From: Eledone cirrhosa
Taxonomy: Eukaryota
NCBI GenBank assembly: GCA_964016885.1
Contig: OZ024762.1
Coordinates: 3,100,001-3,164,000, forward strand
DNA length: 64,000 bases
Reading direction: 5' to 3'
In this document: positions 41,179-54,500 of the stretch, in pieces
How positions within the stretch are numbered: the stretch's first letter is position 1
Layout: each line of letters starts with the position of its first letter
The notes under the pieces: generated by a model
What the model saw: only the letters and a program-made list of their open reading frames with translations
Told to the model about the DNA's origin: nothing
Databases searched by the model: none
Position numbers and translations under genes: made by a program

Positions 41179-41515
41179 CCCTTTAGCATTTACATTAATA
41201 TCATATTTTCCCGGTAAATACTTTATTTCACATAATTACCTCACATAATATCAAATCTATGAGATTTTGATATTATTTATTTTGAGAAGAATACCTTAAC
41301 TCTTTAGTATTTACTCTATATATACTAATGTATTTTGGGGGTAGTCTTTATCTCACGTAATATCGAATTTATGAGATTCCAATATTATTTATTTTGAGAA
41401 CAGGGTGGTGGATTGGCAGCATTGCTGCTTATAATGTAGGTATAGGCAGCTGGTTCTGGCCAGTTTGAACAGAAAGAGGTGAGAGAATTCTGGTCGGATA
41501 TGGCCAGTTTAAGGG
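41179..41515. mobile_element. piggyBac-like MITE
   Basis: TTAA|CCCTTTAGC...AAGGG|TTAA. The family also appears at about 39180-39600 and 61790-62530. Confidence 0.7.
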
Positions 41516-41741
41516 TTAACTGCCACACCTATTTTACACAGCTACAGTTGCTGTGCCAGGTTTTTTTTCAGTAAAATGACAAACATTTATTAACACATAT
41601 CTGAATGATTGACAAACGTCACATCAATAAACTAGTAACGCCATCTAGCTTTGAAGTTAGGAACTGTTGGAAAAGAGTTCAAACATATTAGGACGAGTTA
41701 TCTCGTCTACAGCACTGAAGAGGTTAAACAACTGTATTTAA

Positions 41742-44276
41742 CCCTTTAGCCTTTAAACCAGCCGAATCAGGCCAGAATCACCTCTTTCTGTTCAAACTGG
41801 CTGTGATCAGCCACTCATACTGATGTTAAGGTATTGTTCTCAAAATAAATAACATAAAAATCTCTTAGATTCGATATTATGTAAGATAAGCCTTTACTAT
41901 GAAAATATAATAGTATATATACTATTATATATATATATATATAATATATATATACTATTATACTCAGTCAATGTGGTTGGTATTAAGAAGGGCATCCAGC
42001 CGTAGAAAACCAGCCAGAAACACCCCTATATAAGCATGACATGGTCAGCCAACCCAACTTGCCTCTAAATGGGACCTGTCTAACCTATGCTAGCATGGAA
42101 GATGGACGTTAATCGATGATGATGATATATATATATATATATAAATAATATATATATCATCATTATATCGAACATGGCCATTTCCCTGACGGAATCAGGG
42201 TTTTGTCCTCTTTTCTATTCATCAACACTTTTGTCTTAGCTAGGTTCACTCTCAGTCCTCTTGCTTCCAACTGCTGTTTCCATAGCCAGAATTTATTCTC
42301 TAGCTCCTCTACTGATTCTGCTATAAGAACCAGATCGTCAGCATAGAGAAGTTCCCATGGGCATCCAGTCTTAAACTCCTCTGATATGGCTTGGAGGAAT
42401 ATAATGAACAAGAGCGGGCTGAGGACCGAACCTTGATGTACTCCTATTTATATCTGGAATTCCTCACTAAACTCCATTCCTACTCTCACTTTACTGACAG
42501 CACCCCTGTACATAGCTTGCACTGTCCTCACAAGCCATTCCTCAACACCTAGCTTCCTTAGGGACCACCAGATGACAGATCGGGGTACCCTATCAAAGGC
42601 CTTCTCTAGGTCAACAAAAGCTAAGTATAGTGGCTTATTTTTCTCTAAGAACCTCTCTTGTAATTGTCTCACCAAGAAGAAGGCATCTGTTGTACTCTTC
42701 CCAGGCACAAACCAAACTGCATCTCATCTAGTTTGACCCTTTCTCTAATTAGTTGTGCTAATATCCTTTCTGCCACTTTCATAACCTGATCCATCAGTTT
42801 TATACCCCAATAATTGCTCCTCTCCAGAGCATCCCCTTTACCTTTGTAGCAATTTATGAGAATACTGCTGCACCAGTCTTTGGGTATGACACCACCATAT
42901 ATAGCCTGATTGATGATGTGTGCAACCAGTTTAGTGCCAACGTCCCCTGATGCCTTCAGCATCTCAGCAACTATCTCCGATGATCCAGCAGCCTTACCAT
43001 TTTTCATTTCCTTGATCGCCTCTTGGACCCTATATTCATCAATCTCAATAGCTGGTCCCTCTGTCAGATCTACTGAGGGTAATTTCTCTCTCTCCCATTC
43101 GTTCTCCACATTCATTAGTCTCTCATAATGACATTTCCAGGCCTCCTTTTTCTGATCATTTGTGACACTAAGTACACCGGCTTCATTCCAGACACATTTA
43201 TCTCCAACAACATCCTGATTTGCATTGACACACTGCCTTGCAATGTGGAACACCGCACGCCTCTGATCTTCCTGTCGCAGAACATTCGCAAACCTCCTAC
43301 TCTCAGCCTCCCTGCGTGCTAAGTACACCTGACGTCTAGCTTCTCTCTTAGCGGCTGTATATCCTTCTCTACTCCCACCCTTTTCCCAAGCCTTCCATGC
43401 TAGTCTTTTGTCTCTAATGGCCTTATCTACTGTGCTGTTCCACCACCAGGTCACTCTCTGTCTGGTTGGAGCTCTGCTCCAGCCACAAGTTTCATCAGTA
43501 GCCTGCAGTAAGTTGTCACGTAAGAAATTCCAGTTATTATCTATGTCATACGTCTCTAAATCGTCTTCTTTTTCGTCATACACATCTTGAAGGGCTTTCC
43601 TAAATTTGTATTTTAGTGAAAGGTCTTTTAGCTTCCAGACCTTTCTTCTCCACACCTTCCTGTATGTCTCATTCCATCTCTTGCTTACTGAGATATCATT
43701 ACTTGTTGCTGTGCTTATAATCGTTTTGGCATTGATACATGGTTGGATGCCCTTCCTAACACCAGCGCCACTTTACAGCATGGACTGGGTGCTTTTATTT
43801 GTGCCACCAGCACTAGAGAGGATGTCTTACTGGACTCATGGGCCTTCTCTACCCCTCCATTTTACAGCATGGTCATAAAAAAAAATATATATATATATAA
43901 TATAATATAGAGTAATGTAAATGTGAGATATGTGTGGTAAAGACCTTACCATGAAAATACAATAGTAAATATAAAGTAATGTAAATGTTATGTAAGATAT
44001 TATGTGAAGTAAAGACTTCACCGTGGAAATACAATAGTAAATATAAAGTAATGTAAATATTATGTGAGATATTATGAGATAAGACTTTACCGTGGAAATA
44101 TAATATATATATAGTGTAATGTAAATGTTATGAGATAATTATGTGAGCTAAAGATTTTACAAGGAAAATACAATAGTATATATAGAGTAATGAAAATATT
44201 ATGAGATATTATGTGAGGTAAAGCCTTTAGCATAGAAATACAATAGTAAATATAGAGTAATGTAAATGCTAAAGGG
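41742..44276. mobile_element. piggyBac-like MITE interrupted by nested insertions
   Basis: TTAA|CCCTTTAGC at 41742 and GCTAAAGGG|TTAA at 44276 enclose the RTE fragment. Confidence 0.65.
42163..43675 (-). mobile_element. RTE-clade LINE ORF2 fragment (RT domain), frameshifted
   Basis: TWWWN, YKGKGDALE, AFVDLEKAFDRVPR, QGSVLSP and LLYADDLVL motifs across three broken ORFs. It lies in the Dmrt intron. Confidence 0.95.
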
Positions 44277-44484
44277 TTAATGGATTATGCTGTCAAACAA
44301 CTTGAAGAATAAAACAATTACATAATTACCTCCCCTGACAATTGATCTCAACTCTTAAAAAAGCTATTTATTGGATTATTAGACTCCCCTTTGTATAAGA
44401 CCACCACCTGGTTTTAGAAGGACATTTTGAGAAAAAATAATTTTAGTACATTTCTTCATAAATTTATTAAAAATTATTTCGAAC

Positions 44485-44780
44485 AGCAAAACAAACGAAC
44501 TAAGTGAGAAATTAGGAATAAGAGGGATCAGATACTTGAGAGGAGATTACATTGGTGTGGTCATGTGATGCGCATGAAAGACGACAGCTGTATAAAAAAG
44601 TGCTGGTCGATCAAAATTGATGGAAGCTACGGAGTAGGTAGACCCAGAAAAACCTGGGACGATATGATAAAAACTCACCTTGCACACTTACACCTCTCTA
44701 AGACAATGTCACTGGATTGAGACCTTTGGCGCTACGCAGTAATACAGAAGACCCACCTTCCCTATGTGCAAAGTTAACCT
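44485..44780 (+). mobile_element. RTE-type LINE 3' fragment
   Basis: RRLHWCGHVMRM...GRPRKTWDD. Confidence 0.8.
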
Positions 44781-46749
44781 AACCAGTAGGCACCTCTTAA
44801 CCAAATATACACCCCAACCCACTACCCCGACTCCATCCTCCCACTCCCACCAACACCACCCCTTCTCTGTAAAATTATGTTGGTATCAAACTAAATTTTT
44901 TTAACCATGATTTTCCTCACACTCCATTCAGCCTTCTCTCGGTGATATAGGCGTATTGGACGCAGGGAAGATTTTTTGTTTTGGAGGGGGAAAAGTGTGT
45001 CTAATAGGCTGGCAAATACTGTATATATTACACTATATTTTACTCATTTTCAGCTGAGTATACTGGAGTAATGTGAAATGAAGAGTTTTGCTCAAGAACA
45101 CAACACACAACCCAGTCCTGGAATCAAACCCATGACATTATGATTGTAAGTCCAACACCATTACCACTAGGCCACACTACAATCCCCTTAGACAGAAAGC
45201 CAGTCCATCACAGGGTTAAACTCCCAGCTATTGCTGGTACTCATTTTCAGCTGAGTATACTGGAGCAATGTGAAATAACACACAACCCAGCCCAGGAATT
45301 GAACCCACATTATGATTTTAAGTCCAACACCCTTACCACTTGGCCATGTGCCTCCAAAGAAATCTGGATGGACTGAGAGACACAGAACAATTTTGAGAAG
45401 GATCATGGAAGCTAAAAGACCACCAATGTTAAATATAGGTTCATTCACCAAAATCATTCTCATTTCCATTCTTTCTACCTTTGGGCTCTCATCACCTCTG
45501 CCTATGTCTTCCCTGGTCTTTCTCTACTATACCTACCTCATACTGGAATTTCTTGGCACTTCTTTACCCAACGATTAAAAACAACCAGCCCACACTGTAA
45601 AGTGGTTGTGTAGGTGTCATGAAAAAAAGCACCCAGCCCACATTGTAAAGTGATCGTGTAGGAGACACGGCAAAAAGCACCCATCCCACATTGTAAAGTG
45701 ATCGTGTAGGAGACACGGCAAAAAGCACCCAGCCCACATTGTAAAGTGGTTGTGTAGGTGTCATGAAAAAAAGCACCCAGCCCACTCTGTAAAGTGGTCA
45801 TGTAGGAGACACGGCAAAAAGCACCCAGCCCACGCTGTAAATGTGGTTGGTGTTAGGAAGGGCATCCAGCTGTAGAAAACCTGCCAGAAATACTCCTATA
45901 TGAGCAGTACACGGTCACCTGACCCAACTTGCCTCTAATGGGACAAACCCGTCTAACACATGCGAGTGTGGAAAATGGATGTTAAACGATGATGACGATG
46001 ATATACATTATATATGATATTGTCCAAGGGAAAAGAAAAGACAGATACAACTTAGCACTAGTGACATCACAATTCATTTCCACCAGTTGACTAAACTGGA
46101 ACAACGTGAAATAAAGTGTCTTGCTCAAAGACACAACACACCACCTGCTCTATGACTCGAACTCACTACCTTACGATTGTGAGCCCAAAGAAATAACCAC
46201 TAAACCACATGCCTTCGCACTATACATAGCGTATTTACTCAAATATAAGCCAAGGAATATGTGACCAAAAAATCAATTATATTCTTATATTTATATCCAA
46301 GGCCAATATTTTGAATATTTTCACCAACTTCAAATTCTATGTAAATAAGGTTTGAATTTTTGCCAATTTCTCAAACATAAAATTGTGGAGTCAGCTTATA
46401 TTCGAGTATGGTCCTAAGGGAGTCATAGGGGCGCCATATTGACATACAGACCCCATATCCTCTCCAGGTTTCTTCCAGAGAAGGATAAAGGGTGAGAGAA
46501 TGGAAGTGAGAAAGAAATATAGAGGAAGAATCGACCCCAGTATTAGACTGGTACTTTTTTAATTGACCATAAATGAATGAAAGGCAAAGTTGACCTTGGC
46601 AGTATTTGATGAGAGAGCCGCAATGAATACTGTTCTAACGACTCCTATTTGCCACCTATATTCGAGTATGTAGATGTAGAGTCCCCTAACTTCTGATAGT
46701 TGTAGGGGCACCATATTGACATACAGCGGTTCTTGGCCATTTTAAGCTT

Positions 46750-47382
46750 GGCAGAGCCCATCCCTTCTCCAGGTCTGACCTGGCGGAGTCCATCCCTTCT
46801 CCAGGTCTGACCTGGCGGAGCCCATCCCTTCTCCAGGTCTGACCTGGCAGAGCCCATCCCTTCTCCAGGTCTGACCTGGCAGAGCCCATCCCTTCTCCAG
46901 GTCTGACCTGGCAGAGCCCATCCCTTCTCCAGGTCTGACCTGGCAGAGCCCATCCCTTCTCCAGGTCTGACCTGGCGGAGTCCATCCCTTCTCCAGGTCT
47001 GACCTGGCGGAGTCCATCCCTTCTCCAGGTCTGACCTGGCGGAGTCCATCCCTTCTCCAGGTCTGACCTGGCGGAGTCCATCCCTTCTCCAGGTCTGACC
47101 TGGCGGAGTCCATCCCTTCTCCAGGTCTGACCTGGCGGAGTCCATCCCTTCTCCAGGTCTGACCTGGCGGAGTCCATCCCTTCTCCAGGTCTGACCTGGC
47201 GGAGTCCATCCCTTCTCCAGGTCTGACCTGGCGGAGTCCATCCCTTCTCCAGGTCTGACCTGGCGGAGTCCATCCCTTCTCCAGGTCTGACCTGGCGGAG
47301 TCCATCCCTTCTCCAGGTCTGACCTGGCGGAGTCCATCCCTTCTCCAGGTCTGACCTGGCGGAGTCCATCCCTTCTCCAGGC
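46750..47382. repeat. 32-bp minisatellite (~20 copies) inside a SINE-like element
   Basis: Unit CCATCCCTTCTCCAGGTCTGACCTGGCGGAGT. The flanks match the unexpanded element at about 9510-9780. Confidence 0.95.
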
Positions 47383-47637
47383 CTGAGTACAGCAGATTTC
47401 TTCCAGAGAAAGATAGAAAGTGAGAGAGAGGAGATGAGAAAGAGATGTAGAGGAAGAATCGACCTCAGTACTAAACTGGTACTTTTTTTTATCAACCATG
47501 ATGAAAGGCAAAGTTGACCTTGATGGGATTTGAACTCAGAGAGTCGGAACAAATACTACAAAACCTTCCAATGTTCTAACTCTGCCAATTGATGGCCTAT
47601 ATTGAGTATACGCAGTTACTAATATATAAAATCTTAC

Positions 47638-47923
47638 CTGGATTGACACAACCGGAATAGTCAGTAATTTGCTGACATGATTTATCACATCTTAAGCAAC
47701 CTTTGAAAATATCCTTCACATTCATATCTGGGTGTCTTTGTAAGAGAATTTGTTGCCGACTTATTCGGCGCCGCTCCTCCACAAGAATACATTTTATGCA
47801 GTTACAAAGTAGATAGGGGCAAAAGCCTTTGTGTCCCTTCATTTTGGCATCGAAACCATGATTTCTACAACGAGAACATTTGGGGTTCCGATATGAAGTT
47901 GGATATGGTTTCTTCACATCCAT
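47638..47923 (-). CDS. dmrt: Dmrt (doublesex/mab-3 related) transcription factor, DM-domain exon
   Basis: Translation RNPKCSRCRNHGFDAKMKGHKGFCPYLLCNCIKC has the full DM zinc-ligand spacing C-x2-C-x2-H-x8-H-x3-C-x4-C-x-C-x2-C. Acceptor tttccag at 47960, with 12 open codons before the ATG. Phase-1 donor CAG|GTAAGA at 47637. Subfamily not assigned. Confidence 0.93.
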
Positions 47924-48039
47924 AGCAGTGGTATCACCTTGGGGGGGAACACTAGAACTCTGGAAAGATAAACAATATTTAACTTAGATGAAAGACACAA
48001 AGGGATTTTGATTTTAATATATCTTCCTCACACAATCTT

Positions 48040-48335
48040 TCAGTCAAGTACTGGGGGTCGATAAATAAAAGTACCAGTTGAGTATTGAGGGGGTAAAATA
48101 AAATACCAGTGAAATATTGGGGTAGATAAAATAAAGTACCAATAAAATACTGGGGTTGATAAAATAATATAGTACCAGTGAAATACTTGGGTTGATATAA
48201 TAATATAGTACCAGTAAAATACTGAGGCTGATATAATATAGTACCAGTAAAATACTGGGGCTGATATAATATAGTACCAGTAAAATATTGGGGTTGATAT
48301 AATATAGTACCAGTAAAATACTGAGGCTGATATAA
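48040..48335. repeat. ~33-36-bp tandem repeat derived from the SINE A central segment
   Basis: Repeated AGTACCAGTAAAATACTGGGGTTGAT units. Confidence 0.85.
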
Positions 48336-48869
48336 TATATATATTGTCAGTATGATCTTTTTCAACTCCAAACAGACGGACATGCTCATGTGTATACACT
48401 AACTCATACATACACATTTACACACTCACTGAATCACTTCACATGCACGCACGCAGACGAATTCATACACACACAAAGACTCACACAGACATACACACTC
48501 ACAGATAGACATACAGACACACACACACAGCAAGATACATGTGCGTGTGCATACACAAACTCATACATACACATTTACACACACATTGAATCACTCACAT
48601 GCACGCACGCAGACAAATTGATATACACAAGACAGACATACACTCACAGATATAGACACACACACACTCAGAGAAACATATAGACATACACACACAGCGA
48701 GACACGTGTGAGTGTGCATACACAAACTCATACATACACATTTACACACTAAATCACTCACATACACGCAAGCAAATTCATACACACAGATTAAGACGCA
48801 GACAGACACACACAAAGGCACTTTCACAAACACGCGTGCACACTCATAGACACACGCACACATACACAA

Positions 48870-49600
48870 CATTCATACGCCACAGACACACGCACACATA
48901 CACAACATACATACGCCACAGACACACGCACACACGCACACATACACAACATACATACGCCACAGACACACGCACATTACACATACATACGCCACAGACA
49001 CACTCACATTACACATACATACATACGCCACAGACACACGCACATTACACATACATACGCCACAGACACACTCACATTACACATACATACATACGCCAGA
49101 CACACGCAAATTACACATACATACGCCAGACACACTCACATTACACATACATACGCCACAGACACACACACATACACAACATACATACGCCACAGACACA
49201 CACACATACACAACATACATACGCCACAGACACACGCACATTACACATACATACGCCACAGACACACACACATTACACAACATACATACGCCACAGACAC
49301 ACGCACATTACACATACATACGCCACAGACACACACACATTACACAACATACATACGCCACAGACACATACACAACATACATACGCCACAGACACACACA
49401 CATTACACAACATACATACGCCACAGACACACGCACATTACACATACATACGCCACAGACACACACACATTACACAACATACATACGCCACAGACACACG
49501 CACATTACACATACATACGCCACAGACACATACACAACATACATACGCCAGACACACGCACATTACACATACATACGCCAGACACACACACACATTACAC
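48870..49600. repeat. CA-rich composite minisatellite (CATACATACGCCACAGACACAC...)
   Basis: Direct reading. Confidence 0.9.
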
Positions 49601-50101
49601 ACGCGGTCTTCCATCTTCAGATATTATCTTTTCATGTTTTCTAAATGTTGCTTATATTAGACAAAAATATCCCATAATTTCGGGAATATTGTGACAGGAA
49701 AATATATTTAAAACTTGGTCTCTTTCATCAAAGTTAAATATTTCACTGAAGAAAAGGTATAAAACCGACAGCAGAAAGAATTAGTTTCGATTAATAATAG
49801 AAACGGTGTTTAAATATCGGAAGTGAAATAGTAAAATATTAACGGTTTATAATTTAGGGAACAAGGCCAGCAATTTAGGGTGAGAAGAGAGGTGGAAGCA
49901 TATACCCCCTTCCTTCAGTATTTCACTGGTAATATATCATATCAGCCATCAGTATTTCATGGTACTATATCAACACCAAGGGGGAAGTTGATGTATATCA
50001 ATCTCCAGTATTTTACGGGTACTATATTATATCTAACCCCCTAATATTCCACTGGTACTCTATTTTATCAAACCACCATCCTCAGTATTTCACTAGTACT
50101 A

Positions 50102-50470
50102 TCTATATACTACTAAAACTCTGTGGTTGTCTTGGGAAAATACTTTGAAAGGAAGTTGACACTGAAATGGGAATACAAATGGACTAAAGCAAGTTTCGCG
50201 TAAATCGGTGCACGGGTTCCCGAGATACGGGGTTTTTCAGGGTACCTTCATAAACAGAGAGAGAGAAGCATAGAGAGAAAGAGATAGAGGTTGTTAGAGA
50301 GTAAATTGAAAGAGAGAGAGAACTGGTGGTGTTGTTGAATGAAATGTGTGTTAATTCGTAGAGCTATAAATACATGTCTATATTTTAACTATTTAAAGAT
50401 TATTTTTAAGTGAAATGATTCTTTAAAAAAATATTTTTAAGTAAACGTGAACAGGTCATGGTTAGTCTAG
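50102..50470 (+). mobile_element. Non-autonomous Helitron
   Basis: A|TCTATATACTACTAAAAC...GTTAGTCTAG|T. It interrupts a tandem array between A and T without a TSD. Confidence 0.65.
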
Positions 50471-50865
50471 TATTATATAAATCCGCAGTATTTCACTGGT
50501 AGTATATAAAATCAACCCCAATATTTCACTGGTACTAAATCATTATATCAGCCCCACAAGGATTTCACTGCTACTATATTGTATCAAGTCCTAGTATTTC
50601 ACTGGTATATCATTATATCAGCCCTAATATTTAACTGGTACTATATATCAATCCCGGTATTTCACTGCCATTGTGGATTGGTGTACCGGTAGAGGGTCGG
50701 ATGCCATGCTTTGCAGCATAGAGTTACAGCCCTTTACGGTAAGGATGAAAGCAAAGTTAAGCTCGGCGGGATTTGAAATTAATCTTGAAATTAATGCCAG
50801 CAAGATTTCACAGCTCTAGCCTCACTCCTTCATAATCAGCCTACGAACCTTTCAGCCGATCCCCG

Positions 50866-50899
<34 letters not shown>

Positions 50900-50900
<1 letters not shown>

Positions 50901-51094
50901 GAGGGTCGACTGAAAAGTTCGTAGGTTGATTATGAATGAGTGATGCTAGTGCTGTGAAATCTTGCTGGCATTAATTTCAACTCTTATTAAATAACTGCAT
51001 TGTTTCTTTCAGGGACTATGTTGGAAAATAAACCTCATTTGGTCATTCCGTGAGAGTATCTTGGTCAGCCTATGAACCTTTCAGCTGACCCTCG
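50900..51094. mobile_element. Mariner-derived MITE
   Basis: TA|CGAGGGTCGACTGAAAAGTTC...GAACCTTTCAGCTGACCCTCG|TA. Related copies at about 25090-25285 and 50790-50865. Confidence 0.85.
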
Positions 51095-51503
51095 TACATT
51101 AAATGTTGAGACACCTCAAGCTAATGATATCCTTTAAGATAGTTTGGGCAACATGCGGCCCGTTTGGCTTTCTCAACGGCATTCGTAATTTCAAAATTGC
51201 CTTCAATTTTTTATTAGAACTGCGACCCACTGCCCGAAAAAGGTTGACCATGCTTGCTTTAAAGAAATAGAGATAAAAACCCCACAGAAATCAAGTCCCT
51301 TTTGACTAGAACCAAAAAAAAAGGTTTAAACAACAATATAAGTGGTTTTTTTAGGATTTTTTCTTCTTCATTACCTTCCGTTTGTACACACACACACACA
51401 CACATACATATATACACACACACACACACATATACATACATATATACATACACATACATATATACATACACATATATATATACATACACATATATATATA
51501 CAT

Positions 51504-51545
<42 letters not shown>

Positions 51546-54500
51546 CAAGGAGACGATAAAACAGGTACAAAAAGTCTTATTAGTTTCATGCTTTATATGG
51601 AAAAAGGAGAAAGAAAGTTTGACGTGTCGGTCTTTAGTCCTTCTTCAGAAGTACAAAAATAGAGACAGGATCACGAAGGATAGATACAGAAAATAAAAGG
51701 TAGTCCAAGTAAAAAAAAGTATATATATACATACATATATATGTATATATACATATATATATATATAGAGAGAGAGAGAGATTCCTGTAGAAGTCTATTT
51801 TTTAATATATGTATATGTAAAAGATAAACAGAAATAACAACACAATCGGTACAGTATATGGAAGGAATGAAACGGTTCTAGTCCTGTAGAAGCCATTTCT
51901 ATATTAATATGTATACTCTGCTATGTATTGAATACCTTACTGTGGTTACCCCCGATTGAACTCGGGATATATATATATATATATAAACGGAAAAAAAATG
52001 AAACGAAATTTCATTTCCCACTCTTAGTACGGCTGTTACTTAAATATAAGTATGTACACGTACATACATATATGTATACAGACGTACAGTAGTATGTATA
52101 TATATATATACATACATGCACACATATATATATGTATGTATGGATTCACCGAACATTTATTATAATGCTCGGTGCATTATAATAAATGTTCGGTGAATCC
52201 ATACGTACATATATGTGTGTGCATGTATGTATATATATATACATACTACTGTACGTCTGTATACATATATGTATGTACGTGTACATACTTATATATATAT
52301 ATATATATATGCGACTATTATATATATATATATATATATAATAGTCGCATATATGTTATAGAATGCTGTTAGCTTCTCGCTAAAACAATCTCTATACCTC
52401 TCATTTATATATATATATATATATATATATACCGTAGCCCTTTAGTTACCAACCCGGCCAAAACCATCTCTGGCTCTATGAAATAAAACCACCCATTTTA
52501 AAAGGTTCCCAATTTAAAATAAAATCTTCCAACATAATTTTATATACGAACCTTACATTAAGATACTATTTCTATCTTAACTATGAAATCATTAATAATT
52601 TTAATAACACCCTTAAAACTTTCGATTAATTAATTGAAATAGAGTGTATTTAATTAGAAATATGCTAATGAAAGGCCTAGACAAAAATATTTTTTTTAGA
52701 TATATAAAAAAAGCTTTTTGTTCTGGCTTCTCTAAAACTGGATTGTTGAATAAACTGGGGAAAATGGGATAAAAAGAGTCAGGTATATAAAAGAAAGACT
52801 TAACGAGACCAGGATTTACCTATGAAGCTTGGTGGTGACTGAAAGACAGTCAGAGGAAGATCGATGATAGGTAAAATTTCGATCGATGTCCTCCAATTTG
52901 GTGTATCAGAAGAGAAGTCGGTCCAACATCCGCAAAGATATGATAAATTGATTGATTCAATCAAGTAATCGCGCCAATTTGTTTGAAGCGGGAGAAGAAG
53001 GAGGTTATTACGTGGTGGCGGCGGAGGTGGTAATGGAGTATTTGGTGGTGGACGTGATAGTGATGGTGATGGTGATGGAGGTGTATTGATGGTGTTGGTG
53101 GTGGTGGTGGTGGTGGTGCATAGTGGTGGTTTGGTGATGGTGGAGGAGTTGGTGGTATTACTGGTGGAGATGGTAGTGATGGTATTGGTGGTGATGGTAA
53201 TGGTAATATGTAGATTTTCTGACCTAAGATAGTTTCCCAACAGCCCACTAGTATATATATATATATAGCAGAGTACTCGAGACAATAGAGAGTGTATATA
53301 TATATATATATTATTATTAGTATTATTATTACTTTCAAAGTAAAGGGTGTCATGAATGATACAAAATCAAACACACGTCTTGTCTCTAAAAACAGCTCAA
53401 GATAGAATTCAGAGAATAAAATCGAGCCTTAATTATTATAAGAAAGTGATACACACGCACACATACATACATAGACATACATACACACACACACATACAT
53501 ACATAGACATACACATACATACACACACACACATACATGATGGCTGCAACTCGATTTCTGGTAATGCCATCGCTTGATACGGTCGTGGTTTTTTAATCCT
53601 GCTAGGAACTTGCCTATGGCCAGCAATACCATGCATGGCAATAAATGTCACATATCAGGGAATACCTCTGCTTGAAGCTTTTTTAAGTGAAGAAAGGATC
53701 TGCACGGGGTCAATCTCACTCTGAACATCGAATGCATTTGCCCAAAAATAACTGGTCTACATCATTGGATGCAAACGAAGTCGCAGGTCTTATATTAGAG
53801 TGACCTTATCCAAGAGAGAAGTCTTAATGAAGACTAGGGATCTCTCGCTCCATAAAAAAAAAACTTTCTTGGGTGGCCGATGACTTTCTTGAGTTCCTCA
53901 ATCCTTTGACGGGTTTTGTTTTTCATCTCGCAGGGTGTCCAAGTTCACCCTCCTCACCAAGCAAGCTCGGTTGTGTTGAATGTGGCTGGTATTTAATGAT
54001 AATGTTAGATTTATTTAAGTTCAGGTTTCGCCAACTGACTGCCTTATTTGCATACATATGTCTTTATATTTTACTAAATAACAATTAAATAGAACTGAAT
54101 TACATTTCTAAATTAAACTTTTTATTACCCTGTTTCTAATGAAATACTTTGTATTCTAATCAACTAATTCTTGTTATTTTTCATTAATAATGTTATATTA
54201 TAAAGTTGTGAATGTAATTTATATTGTTTCTCGATCTGGTTTTTATCTCTACATATAATTTATTTAAGATATGTGTTGTTTTTTTCTGGTCGGGCGACCA
54301 CGTTTCATTGTAAAGGGCGGTGGATTGGCAGTATCGGTAGAGCATCGGCCAACATGCATTGCGGCATATAGTTTCGTCTCTTTACATTCTGATTTTAAAT
54401 TCCGTCGAAGTTAGCTTTGCTTTTCATCCTTACGTGGTTGATAAATTAAAGTACTAGTCACGCGCAGAGGTCGATTTGATCGACTTGCCCCTACCCCAAA

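Noticed and set aside
46750-47382. CRISPR-like 32-bp palindromic repeats and three overlapping long ORFs
   Set aside because: The units are contiguous with no spacers, there are no cas genes, and the context is eukaryotic. The ORFs arise from a stop-free repeat unit.
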